Shown here piece after piece: positions 47,815 to 56,841 of a stretch of DNA of 64,000 bases (the first letter of the stretch is position 1; each line of letters starts with the position of its first letter). The stretch covers positions 1 to 64,000 of the IMG/VR virus record IMGVR_UViG_3300034117_001294; one strand, written 5' to 3'. A model generated the notes under the pieces. The model ran no database searches. It was not told where the DNA came from and was given only the letters and a program-made list of their open reading frames with translations. Both the position numbers and the translations under genes were made by a program.

Positions 47815-48063
47815 ATGCAGATTTCCGAATTGCTTTTTGAACTAGACTTTCAGGGTAGCCCCTGCACTAAAGATTGTAGTGGGCACAGTGCTGGATATGC
47901 ATGGTCCATGAAACACGCTAACAAAAATTGCGATTCAAAAAACGCCAGCTTTAACAATGGCTGCAACATTGCAAAAAAGCAGATTGCCAGCAAGAATATT
48001 AAAAAGCCAGTGGTGTCACAAACTACAAAACCTAGTGATCAGCCTGCAGAGGAGCCAGTATGA
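47815..48063 (+). CDS. Small Cys-containing late protein
   Basis: MQISELLFE; CTKDCSGHSAGYAW; TAAATA 4 nt upstream. Confidence 0.55.
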   Translation: MQISELLFELDFQGSPCTKDCSGHSAGYAWSMKHANKNCDSKNASFNNGCNIAKKQIASKNIKKPVVSQTTKPSDQPAEEPV

Positions 48064-48275
48064 AATTTGCAGTAATTCTTGCATTGATGCTAACAGGATG
48101 TGCTTCAAATCTAGATTTAGAAAAAAGCATCAGCAGAGATCGAACAATGGGCGATATGGCAAAAACTGCATTGATCAACGAAATGCTTAATAGTCCGGAT
48201 CCAGCAGTAAGACTAGAAGGATCAAGAATAGCCAAAGAGTTCATTGTTCCAAAAAAACGTCTATTTGATTTCTAA
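48060..48275 (+). CDS. Putative lipoprotein
   Basis: Lipobox LTGC. Confidence 0.65.
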   Translation: MKFAVILALMLTGCASNLDLEKSISRDRTMGDMAKTALINEMLNSPDPAVRLEGSRIAKEFIVPKKRLFDF

Positions 48276-48292
48276 ATTGGTAAAATAATCAC

Positions 48293-48326
48293 TTTACAAC
48301 AGGAAAGAAAACCTGTATAATAAATA
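48293..48326 (+). promoter_or_regulatory. Overlapping sigma70 and late promoters
   Basis: TTTACA-17-TATAAT with TAAATA starting at 48321. Confidence 0.65.
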
Positions 48327-48377
48327 CATACAGCAAAGAGATAGACTCGTTGCGTACATTATTCAAAGGATTTTTGA

Positions 48378-49400
48378 ATGTCAAAAAAATATGATACCCT
48401 TGTCCTCATCGGACGTTTTCAACCGCTTCACTCAGCTCACTTAGAGATTATCAAGCGAGCCACAGCACTAACTGATCAACTTGTGATCATCTGCGGTAGT
48501 GCTAAACAACCCCGAACTTATAAAAACCCATTTACATTCGATGAACGTGCTCGAATGATCAAGTCAGCAACTGCTGGACTTGCTATGCAGATCTATGTTG
48601 AGCCAAATATTGACACTATCTATAACGATCAGGCATGGGCTGTTCGTGTCCAAGGTATTGTTTCTAAATACCGTGTACTAGGTGGTGCCGGAGTGGGCAT
48701 TATCGGTCATAAAAAAGATGACAGCTCATTCTACTTGGATATGTTCCCACAGTGGGGCTATGAAGATGTTGAATTAGTAGAATTCCTCAGTGCTGTAAAC
48801 ATTCGCGATCTCTACTTCAAGCGTGATGTCAATATGAAGTTCATTAAAGGTGTAGTGCCAGAGTCTACTTTAGACTTTTTGGAGCAGTTCCGCACCACAG
48901 ATCAATACGAACAGATCATCCGCGAACGTGAGTTCATCATAGAACACAATAAACAATATGCTGGATTGAAGTATCCTCCGATCTTCTCAACTGCTGATGC
49001 TGTGGTTATCTGCTCAGGACATGTATTAATGATTCGTCGTCGTGCTGAACCCGGTAAAGGATTGTGGGCATTGCCAGGCGGCTATGTTAACGCCAATACG
49101 GATAAAAGCGTAGAGGATGCAGCCATTCGTGAACTGCGTGAAGAAACACTAATTAAAGTTCCTGCTCCGGTGTTGCGTGGTAGTATTAAACGTAGTAAGG
49201 TCTTTGATGCAGTTGACCGTAGTCCGCGAGGTCGTATTATCACTCACGCATTCCACATTGAACTGCCTGACGGCGAGCTGCCAAAGGTAAAAGGCGGCGA
49301 TGATGCTGAAAAAGCACGTTGGGTTCCTATTGCCGAAGTTCGCAGTGAAGAATGTTTCGAAGACCACTACGAAATCATACAACACTTCTTGGGAGCATAA
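48378..49400 (+). CDS. nadM: Bifunctional NMN adenylyltransferase / ADP-ribose pyrophosphatase (NadM-Nudix)
   Basis: IGRFQPLHSAH, NPFTFDER, GHKKD.SS.YL, LPGG, Nudix box AIRELREET, DDAEKA.W. Confidence 0.93.
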   Translation: MSKKYDTLVLIGRFQPLHSAHLEIIKRATALTDQLVIICGSAKQPRTYKNPFTFDERARMIKSATAGLAMQIYVEPNIDTIYNDQAWAVRVQGIVSKYRVLGGAGVGIIGHKKDDSSFYLDMFPQWGYEDVELVEFLSAVNIRDLYFKRDVNMKFIKGVVPESTLDFLEQFRTTDQYEQIIREREFIIEHNKQYAGLKYPPIFSTADAVVICSGHVLMIRRRAEPGKGLWALPGGYVNANTDKSVEDAAIRELREETLIKVPAPVLRGSIKRSKVFDAVDRSPRGRIITHAFHIELPDGELPKVKGGDDAEKARWVPIAEVRSEECFEDHYEIIQHFLGA

Positions 49401-49401
49401 T

Positions 49402-49578
49402 ATGAACGAACGAATTAAAGAACTTGCCGAACAGTGCCACCATCGGTATAGTGAACATAACATTGATTTGGAAAAGTTCGCCGAGTTGATTGTTCGGGAA
49501 TGTGCTAATGTTGCCGCTGATCATGATGCCTTGGACATTTACGAAGAGATTAGAGAACATTTTGGAGTTGAAGAATGA
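49402..49578 (+). CDS. Small NERI...EKFAELIVREC...HFGVEE cassette protein, copy 1
   Basis: Paralog of 49808 ORF. Confidence 0.7.
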   Translation: MNERIKELAEQCHHRYSEHNIDLEKFAELIVRECANVAADHDALDIYEEIREHFGVEE

Positions 49579-49811
49579 ATGGTACACCGGCAGACAAAAG
49601 CCCGGGCATAACGGGCTTTATTGAAATCTTTGAGGGCAGGCTTAACAAAATGAAGCTACACCTTAAAGAAGAATTGAGCAAGGCCAAACACGATAGAGAC
49701 CGTAAGTGGATTAAACATCAGCTGGCCGATGCTCGTAAACTCAACAAGACACTGAAAGAAATGCGTAATGCTTCAGCAAAGAAGTGTCCGCATTGTGGAG
49801 AGAAACTATGA
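49575..49811 (+). CDS. Small protein with C-terminal CPHC zinc ribbon
   Basis: KKCPHCGEKL; ATGA overlaps. Confidence 0.6.
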   Translation: MNGTPADKSPGITGFIEIFEGRLNKMKLHLKEELSKAKHDRDRKWIKHQLADARKLNKTLKEMRNASAKKCPHCGEKL

Positions 49812-50041
49812 ACGAACGAATTAGAGAACTTGCTGAACAGGCTGGAGTGGGCTTTATGTTTGATCCTGATGCAGTTGTATTAGCTTTTAAGATGGAAAAG
49901 TTCGCTGAACTGATTGTGAGAGAATGTATTAAAAAATGTAAGGACCATCCATCCATAATTTTTAAGAATGAATGGGATGCTGATGTTGTGGCTCCGGACA
50001 TTGTCAGCAGATTAGAATCACATTTCGGAGTTGAAGAATGA
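49808..50041 (+). CDS. Small NERI...EKFAELIVREC...HFGVEE cassette protein, copy 2
   Basis: Paralog of 49402 ORF. Confidence 0.7.
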   Translation: MNERIRELAEQAGVGFMFDPDAVVLAFKMEKFAELIVRECIKKCKDHPSIIFKNEWDADVVAPDIVSRLESHFGVEE

Positions 50042-50511
50042 CATTAAAACATACTAAAGGTAATCTACTCGACCTAGCAGAAGCAGGTGAGTTCGATGTT
50101 GTGGTACAAGGCTGTAATTGCTTTAACACAATGGGCGGCGGCATTGCCCGAGAGATCCGTGAACGATTTCCAATGTGTGCAGAGATCGATAATCTAACTG
50201 CCAAAGGCGATCATATGAAACTAGGTAACTGGACAGAATTTGACCAAGGTACTTTTATTATCATCAATGCCTACACTCAGTACAATATGAGTCAAGGTAC
50301 TGATGTGTTTGAGTACACTGCATTTCAATTGATACTTGAGAAATTAACATTTATGTACGGTAACAAACGTATTGGATTGCCTTACATTGGATGCGGACTT
50401 GCCGGTGGCGACCAGGAAACTATTTTGGATATGATCGAACGGTTTGCCGCCCAGATTGCTAAACGAAGTGGTCAGGTTACACTCGTTGAATTTAGCCAAA
50501 GAATTAGTTGA
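50038..50511 (+). CDS. Macro domain (ADP-ribose binding/hydrolase) protein
   Basis: KGNLLD, VVQGCNC.NTMGGGIA, IINAYTQ, PYIGCGLAGG. Confidence 0.85.
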   Translation: MTLKHTKGNLLDLAEAGEFDVVVQGCNCFNTMGGGIAREIRERFPMCAEIDNLTAKGDHMKLGNWTEFDQGTFIIINAYTQYNMSQGTDVFEYTAFQLILEKLTFMYGNKRIGLPYIGCGLAGGDQETILDMIERFAAQIAKRSGQVTLVEFSQRIS

Positions 50512-50536
50512 CGCAGAAATAGGTCTGTGTTATACT
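50508..50536 (+). promoter_or_regulatory. sigma70 promoter for NAMPT
   Basis: TTGACG-17-TATACT. Confidence 0.7.
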
Positions 50537-50589
50537 ATAAACAAGTCCAAGCGATAGACGCCTGGCATAACAAGTAAAGGAACTTTACA

Positions 50590-52029
50590 ATGAAACTCGC
50601 AAAAAATCTTATCCTGAACACAGACTCGTACAAAGTCTCGATGTTCAAACAATACCCAGCAGGAACCACAGGTGTATATTCATATATTGAATCACGCGGT
50701 GGGCGTTACGATAGAACTGTATTCTTCGGACTACAGGCTTTTATCAAGGAATACCTACTTGCACCCATCACACAAGCAGATATTGACATTGCTGAAGAAA
50801 TTCTTACCCTACACGGTGAACCCTTTAACAGAGAAGGATGGCAGTATATTCTTGACCAGCACCAAGGATTCTTGCCCGTTGTTATCCGAGCAGTCCCTGA
50901 AGGAACTATTGTCCCTGTCAAAAACGTACTCGCTACCATTGAGAATACCGATCCAAAATGTTATTGGTTGACCACTTGGTTGGAAACTGCTCTGCTTCGT
51001 GCAGTGTGGTACGGTACTACTGTGGCAACACAAAGCTGGAAAATTAAACAAGTCATTCTTGACTACTTGGAGCGTACAGGTGACCCTACTACTATTGATT
51101 TTAAACTGCACGACTTTGGTGCTCGCGGTGTATCTAGCCTCGAAAGTGCTGGGATCGGTTCTGCGGCTCACCTCGTTAACTTTATGGGAACGGATACCAT
51201 TACTGGTATTCTTTACGCTCGTGAGTATTATGGAGCTGGCATTGCTGGGTTTTCTATTCCTGCTGCCGAACATAGCACAATCACTTCTTGGGGTCGCGAC
51301 GGTGAAGTAGATGCTTACAGAAATATGCTTACTCAGTTCGCTCGTCCCGGTACTATCCTCGCTGTTGTTAGTGATAGTTACGATATCTACAACGCAGCCT
51401 CTAAGCTCTGGGGCGAAGAACTTCGCCAACAAGTTATCGATAGTGGTGCTACTGTTGTCATTCGCCCTGATAGCGGCGATCCTGTTGAAGTCAACCGTAA
51501 GCTAGTTGAGATCCTTGGATCCAAGTTCGGATACACTACTAACAGCAAAGGCTTCAAAGTCCTGAACAACGTCAGACTGATCCAAGGTGACGGTATTAAC
51601 GAACTTACTGTTCGCAGTATCCTCGGTGCGTTCATGGCCATGGGCTGGAGTGCCGATAACATTGCTTTTGGTATGGGCGGTGCTCTGTTACAGATTGTAG
51701 ATCGTGATACTCAACAATTTGCAATGAAGTGCTCTGCAATGAGCCGTACTGTTAGAGTTGAAGATGGTGATCTCGGATCTGGTTTTAAAACTGAATGGTT
51801 TGATGTGATCAAAGACCCAGTCACTGATCCTGGCAAGAAGTCTAAGGCAGGCCGTGTTACACTGTGGACTAACAGTGGTGGCGAGTTTGCATCAGGGGTA
51901 ACTGAACCTACTGGTTGGACTGATCGGGGAATCGGCGGGTGGACCAACGCACTGGTTCCAGTTTACTGGAACGGCAACCTGCACAAAGATTACACCTTTG
52001 AGGAAGTTCGAGCTAACGCTCGCAAATAA
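50590..52029 (+). CDS. nadV: Nicotinamide phosphoribosyltransferase
   Basis: TDSYKVS, FFGLQ, LHDFGARG, PAAEHS, VSDSYD, IRPDSG, IQGDG, FGMGG. Confidence 0.95.
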   Translation: MKLAKNLILNTDSYKVSMFKQYPAGTTGVYSYIESRGGRYDRTVFFGLQAFIKEYLLAPITQADIDIAEEILTLHGEPFNREGWQYILDQHQGFLPVVIRAVPEGTIVPVKNVLATIENTDPKCYWLTTWLETALLRAVWYGTTVATQSWKIKQVILDYLERTGDPTTIDFKLHDFGARGVSSLESAGIGSAAHLVNFMGTDTITGILYAREYYGAGIAGFSIPAAEHSTITSWGRDGEVDAYRNMLTQFARPGTILAVVSDSYDIYNAASKLWGEELRQQVIDSGATVVIRPDSGDPVEVNRKLVEILGSKFGYTTNSKGFKVLNNVRLIQGDGINELTVRSILGAFMAMGWSADNIAFGMGGALLQIVDRDTQQFAMKCSAMSRTVRVEDGDLGSGFKTEWFDVIKDPVTDPGKKSKAGRVTLWTNSGGEFASGVTEPTGWTDRGIGGWTNALVPVYWNGNLHKDYTFEEVRANARK

Positions 52030-52035
52030 AAATTA

Positions 52036-52073
52036 ACAAGGGGCTTTACAACCCCTTGTTTTTATTGTATAAT
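52036..52073 (+). terminator. Terminator hairpin fused to sigma70 promoter
   Basis: aacaagggg-c TTTACA a-ccccttgtt-ttt; TATAAT at 52068. Confidence 0.75.
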
Positions 52074-52107
52074 TTACACATAGCAACAAACACACTGAAA
52101 GAATGCG

Positions 52108-53199
52108 ATGTCATATTTTCTAAAGTCAGGTAATACATTCCGGGTTTCTTCAAAAGAAGCTATGGATCTTCACGATACATTACCAGCAGGTAACTACGTG
52201 GTTAAAGAGATGCCCATGGATGGTCCCCTTTACCTTGAACATATTGAATCATTTGAAATCAAAGGAAAGCGTTATGGCGACTTGGACAAGAACACTAATC
52301 GTATTCTAAATACATTCATGGATCGCTCTGCATCTACTGGTGTTATGCTGGCAGGCGAAAAAGGTTCCGGCAAATCACTGTTGGCTAAGAATTTGGCCAT
52401 CGAAGCAGCCAAGCGTTTGAGCATTCCTACTATTGTTATCAATGCACCATGGGTCGGGGACAAGTTTAATGCATTCATGCAGATGATTGAACAGCCTTGC
52501 GTAGTCTTGTTTGACGAGTTTGAAAAAGTTTATGATTCAGATGACCAAGAGAAGGCACTGACTTTGCTTGATGGTGTATTCCCAAGCAAGAAGCTGTTCA
52601 TTCTGACTTGTAACGACAAGTGGCGTATTGATCAAAACATGCGAAACCGCCCAGGCCGCCTGTACTACATGTTGGACTACAAAGGCCTTGATGCTAACTT
52701 CATTATGGAGTATTGTGCAGACAACTTGAAATCAGAGCTTCAGCATCACGCTGAAAAGCTATGTCAAATTGCCAGCTTGTTTAATCAGTTCAACTTTGAC
52801 ATGTTAAAAGCGGCTGTTGAAGAAATGAATCGATACGACGAAGAACCGCAAGATGCTCTGCGTATGTTGAACGTTAAGCCAGAATTTGACTCGGGCAACG
52901 CTTTCACTATGAAAGTTATCAAGGACGGAGAAGAAGTCAAAACATCGGACATGGAAACTTTTGAATGGAAAGGTAATCCACTTCAAGGACAGGTCAGTAT
53001 TCATGTCAAAGAGTACGAGGAAGAAAAGGACGAAGACGGCGACTTTGATTGGAATTGGAAAAGCATTAAATTTGATCCTAGCCATATTACAAAAATTGAC
53101 AGCCAATCTGGTAAGTTTGTTTTTGCCAATTCGGAAGGCGTACAGTTGGTTTTGAGCAGGATCAAAGACCGTAGCTATAACTATATGGACGCATTCTAA
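52108..53199 (+). CDS. AAA ATPase
   Basis: GEKGSGKS, LFDEFEK, NRPGR. Confidence 0.85.
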   Translation: MSYFLKSGNTFRVSSKEAMDLHDTLPAGNYVVKEMPMDGPLYLEHIESFEIKGKRYGDLDKNTNRILNTFMDRSASTGVMLAGEKGSGKSLLAKNLAIEAAKRLSIPTIVINAPWVGDKFNAFMQMIEQPCVVLFDEFEKVYDSDDQEKALTLLDGVFPSKKLFILTCNDKWRIDQNMRNRPGRLYYMLDYKGLDANFIMEYCADNLKSELQHHAEKLCQIASLFNQFNFDMLKAAVEEMNRYDEEPQDALRMLNVKPEFDSGNAFTMKVIKDGEEVKTSDMETFEWKGNPLQGQVSIHVKEYEEEKDEDGDFDWNWKSIKFDPSHITKIDSQSGKFVFANSEGVQLVLSRIKDRSYNYMDAF

Positions 53200-53221
53200 A
53201 TAGTTTTGGACTAAATTGGAC

Positions 53222-53260
53222 AAACCAGTTCTTGACAGGACTGGTTTTTCCTTGTATAAT
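53222..53260 (+). terminator. Terminator hairpin fused to sigma70 promoter
   Basis: aaaccagtt-c TTGACA g-gactggttt-tt; TATAAT at 53255. Confidence 0.75.
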
Positions 53261-53298
53261 ATATACATAGACAGCAACACACTACTGAAAGGTTCCAA

Positions 53299-55476
53299 AT
53301 GATTCTTAACAATGCTCCACAACACGAAGCCATTGTTTCTAACGTGTCAGAAATTGGCGAGTTCCGTATTCGAAACAGTGCCAAAGCATTCTCTATTTTG
53401 AGTTCGGGCTTGTATGCTAACAAGGTCCGTGCTATTATCCGTGAATTGAGTTGTAATGCGGTGGACAGCCATGCAGCCGCAGGTTGCAAAGATACTCCCT
53501 TTGATGTGCATCTTCCAAATGCCTTGGAACCGCACTTTGCTATTCGCGACTACGGAACAGGACTATCACATGAACAAGTTACACAAATCTACACCACTTA
53601 CTTCGAAAGTACCAAAACAAACTCCAACGAGTTTATCGGAGCTCTTGGATTGGGATCTAAAAGCCCGTTTAGCTACACTGACAATTTTACAGTCACCGCT
53701 ATCCAAGCCGGACGCAAAGGCATTTACTCGGCCTTTATCAACGCACAAGGGGTTCCGAGTATTGCCCTGATGATGATGGAAGTTACTGACGAGCCAGCAG
53801 GTGTTGAAGTTAAGTTCTCTGTTAATGAACGTTATGACTTTGACAAGTTCCGTCAAGAGGCTCGAGTTGTCTACAAACACTTTGCTCTGCGTCCGGTTGT
53901 TTCGGGCAGTGCTGATTTCCAGTTTGTTGATGCTGAATACGAAAGCCGCGACATTGTTCCGGGTGTGCATAGTTTCAAGAACGGCAATCACAGTGCAGCC
54001 ATTATGGGCAATATTGCTTACCCTATCGAAGTGCCTAACGCTGACAGTTCTATTCCGCCCGAGTTGAAGCAGTTGTTGGGTTGCGGTTTGGAAATGCACT
54101 TTGGTATTGGCGAACTGGACTTCCAAGCCAGCCGTGAAGGATTGAGTTACATTCCATCAACTGTTGCGGCTATCAAGGCCAAACTGGAACAGGTCAATGC
54201 GGCATTAGCAGTTGTGATTGCCAAAGAAGCAGATGCTATTGAGAACCTGTGGGACCGTGCTGTGTTTCTGTACAAGAAGAAAGAGCACCGTTTGTGGACT
54301 GCGGCTGTGAGCAAGTATGCACAGGATACCAAACTGCCTACTTACGATGAACTGCAATACAACCGTTTGAAGAAGTTCAATTTTAAAGTTGAAGACCTTG
54401 CTACAAACTGGAACATTCAGATCCGTCAACTGCAACAAGTTCGTCATAACAAGACTGTGAGCAATGGTAAGAGTGTTACTGAGTATGCAGACAATCGTGC
54501 TAAAAATGCCAACGGGCATTACATCACTTGGCAAGAATGGCAGATCCCTGTAGATGACACTTGCCACTTTGTTGTCAACGACTTGAAGACCGGTGCAGGC
54601 GAACGTGCTCGTTACCACTACAAAGAAACTGGTTGCGATGTGTACAGCCGTGCTATCTGGATCTTGGAAAAGGTAGACAAGACCAAGGCAATGAATACTC
54701 AAGCATTCTTTGCCGCAATCCAAGAACCTCCTACTGCTCGCCGCTTTGCCGCAAGTACCTTGAAGCAACGTGAGCGTGAGAACATGGGACGGAACGTTAC
54801 CATCCTCAAGTTAGAACGTCGAGGAGGCGGTGGCCATCGTCGTGATGAGCAGGATATGGTTTGGCGTGCCGCTGGTGATACTAGCAAGTTTGTTAGTACA
54901 GAGACCTACTACTATGTGCCATTGAGCGGCTTCACAATGCTGAGTGCCAAAGGCTACACTAGTGGTAAGGAATTGCACGACGATGTTAAGAGCCTGTCCG
55001 GTTTGTACCACGGTGAGATCTATGGTGTTCGTAAGAGCGACATCGAAGAGATCAAGAAGAAAGCAAACTGGAAGAACTTTGAAGACTATGTTGTGGACCA
55101 GCTGAACGCCAATGACAATTCCAAACTGTTGATGAGTTTGGTTAAGAGCGGGTTGGAAAAGGCTGATGTTATCAACGGTATCCACAATAAGGATGTTTTG
55201 GCAAAAATTGATGCCAATAGTCCTTACGCAAAACTGGTCACAGTGTTTGAAAAGGTTGACAAGTTTCAAGGAAACCGCTACAATATAGATAGACTGTTCC
55301 GTAAGTTTGCTCCTAGTGCCACCCTTAGCCCAGAATCACTTGTGATCAAGTATCAGAAAGAAGTTGACGAAGTGAACAGTCGTTATCCGTTGTTAAGTAA
55401 GTTGAGCACTTACCGCGTAGAGGCAAGCGATATTGCCGAATATGTTAATTTAATCGACCAAAAGAAAGGCATTTAA
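53299..55476 (+). CDS. rIIA: rIIA-like protein
   Basis: FSILSSGLYANK.RAIIRELSCNA.D GHKL N-terminus, RDYGTGL, STK..SN..IG.LGLGSKSPF.YT. Confidence 0.85.
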   Translation: MILNNAPQHEAIVSNVSEIGEFRIRNSAKAFSILSSGLYANKVRAIIRELSCNAVDSHAAAGCKDTPFDVHLPNALEPHFAIRDYGTGLSHEQVTQIYTTYFESTKTNSNEFIGALGLGSKSPFSYTDNFTVTAIQAGRKGIYSAFINAQGVPSIALMMMEVTDEPAGVEVKFSVNERYDFDKFRQEARVVYKHFALRPVVSGSADFQFVDAEYESRDIVPGVHSFKNGNHSAAIMGNIAYPIEVPNADSSIPPELKQLLGCGLEMHFGIGELDFQASREGLSYIPSTVAAIKAKLEQVNAALAVVIAKEADAIENLWDRAVFLYKKKEHRLWTAAVSKYAQDTKLPTYDELQYNRLKKFNFKVEDLATNWNIQIRQLQQVRHNKTVSNGKSVTEYADNRAKNANGHYITWQEWQIPVDDTCHFVVNDLKTGAGERARYHYKETGCDVYSRAIWILEKVDKTKAMNTQAFFAAIQEPPTARRFAASTLKQRERENMGRNVTILKLERRGGGGHRRDEQDMVWRAAGDTSKFVSTETYYYVPLSGFTMLSAKGYTSGKELHDDVKSLSGLYHGEIYGVRKSDIEEIKKKANWKNFEDYVVDQLNANDNSKLLMSLVKSGLEKADVINGIHNKDVLAKIDANSPYAKLVTVFEKVDKFQGNRYNIDRLFRKFAPSATLSPESLVIKYQKEVDEVNSRYPLLSKLSTYRVEASDIAEYVNLIDQKKGI

Positions 55477-55477
55477 A

Positions 55478-56566
55478 ATGAGTTATCCATTCCTGATCCA
55501 AGGATCAAACATTGTTGTTGTAATTGGAAATAAGTCACATACTGTTTCCAAAACCCATATTACCTATCAAAAGGTACTAGATGCCATTAAGGCCAGTGAC
55601 TGGGACACAGTTAAAGACATCATCGAACCTAAAAAGGTTGTGTTGAACTACGGTGCTGGCAATGTTACTATCCAGGGTGAGACTCTGTACTGGAAGGGCG
55701 AAGTGCTTAACACTGGTCTTGCTCGACGCATGATTGAAATGTTGCAGGAAGGCTTTCCAATTGAGCCAATGGTTAACTTTATGGAGAACTTGTATGCTAA
55801 CCCTAGCAAACGAGCCGTGACCGAACTGTATGGCTTCTTGGAAAAGAACAACTTGCCAATCACTCCGGATGGCCACTTCCTTGCTTACAAGAAAGTTCGC
55901 GACACATTCATGGACGTACACAGCAACACCATGTTGAACGCACCTGGTTGTGTTGTGGAAATGGAACGTAATGCAGTTGACGACAACAAGGATCAAACCT
56001 GTTCCACTGGCCTGCACTTCTGCGGTATGAGTTACCTGAGTCACTTTGGTGGCGAGCGTACTGTGATTGTTAAGATCAACCCACGCGATGTTGTCAGCAT
56101 TCCAAGTGACTACAACGATGCCAAAGGTCGTGCTTGCCGCTATGAAGTTATTGGCGAGTTGAACGTTGATCCAGACAAGGCTTTTGATCGATCAGTTCAA
56201 AGCGGTGCTAATGGTACTGCTGGTACACGCCAACCTATCTCAGCATTGACTCCGGAAAGTGTTCCTGCAATGGCTGCTCCGGACGTGCGAGTAGGCGACA
56301 GTGCCTTCAAGAAAGGTTACAGCGATGGTTTTATGAATTTGGACTATCACAATCGTCGTGTTGGCAAGGACTACAACAACTACGACAACGGCTACAATTT
56401 GGGCTGTGAAGATCGTGATGACGGTGCTCCAGAACGTTGGCGTTATCAGGCCAAGGCACCAACTGCTCCGACAGGTTGGATGTTTGCCGACGGTAAGGTA
56501 AGTCCTCCTCCAGGAACTACCTTCACTGCTCAATCCGCACAGTGGCCCTTCCCAACTAAGGACTAA
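55478..56566 (+). CDS. rIIB: rIIB-like protein
   Basis: NFMENLYANPS..AV.ELYGFL, ITPDGHFLAYK, CSTGLH, V.INPRDVVSIP.DYN..KGRACRY. Confidence 0.85.
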   Translation: MSYPFLIQGSNIVVVIGNKSHTVSKTHITYQKVLDAIKASDWDTVKDIIEPKKVVLNYGAGNVTIQGETLYWKGEVLNTGLARRMIEMLQEGFPIEPMVNFMENLYANPSKRAVTELYGFLEKNNLPITPDGHFLAYKKVRDTFMDVHSNTMLNAPGCVVEMERNAVDDNKDQTCSTGLHFCGMSYLSHFGGERTVIVKINPRDVVSIPSDYNDAKGRACRYEVIGELNVDPDKAFDRSVQSGANGTAGTRQPISALTPESVPAMAAPDVRVGDSAFKKGYSDGFMNLDYHNRRVGKDYNNYDNGYNLGCEDRDDGAPERWRYQAKAPTAPTGWMFADGKVSPPPGTTFTAQSAQWPFPTKD

Positions 56567-56568
56567 AA

Positions 56569-56745
56569 ATGATTGGAGTAATTTTACTCTTTTTGGTCCT
56601 CGCAGTGCTGATATTTTTTGGCATTCGAGGAGTCCAAAAGATGACAGGGAGTCAGGCATTGTTCTTGACGAAAGCAGGAATGTATGCTATAATTAGTGCA
56701 ACAATAGCAATGTTGCTAATGTTTGGAATTGTAATTATTTTTTAA
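56569..56745 (+). CDS. Small two-TM membrane protein, 58 aa (not in ORF track)
   Basis: MIGVILLFLVLAVLIFFG...MYAIISATIAMLLMFGIVIIF. Confidence 0.55.
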   Translation: MIGVILLFLVLAVLIFFGIRGVQKMTGSQALFLTKAGMYAIISATIAMLLMFGIVIIF

Positions 56746-56841
56746 GGACTTATATGATTAATGATGTGTTGCTTCGGCCACTTTATTTTGTTCTTGGGTT
56801 TAGTGTTTGTTTCTTTCTTTTTACTACTGGAGTTATTTAAA

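Noticed and set aside
46299-50041. Diversity-generating retroelement for the cassette families
   Set aside because: No reverse transcriptase or TR/VR pair with adenine-specific differences is visible in the window
50672-51947. Several long alternative-frame and antisense ORFs over nadV (e.g. 50809-51432)
   Set aside because: Shadows of a biased-codon gene; no RBS, promoter or recognisable motifs
53347-56659. Nested antisense ORFs of 100-190 aa over rIIA/rIIB
   Set aside because: Expected in this GC-richer stretch with few antisense stops; no independent signals
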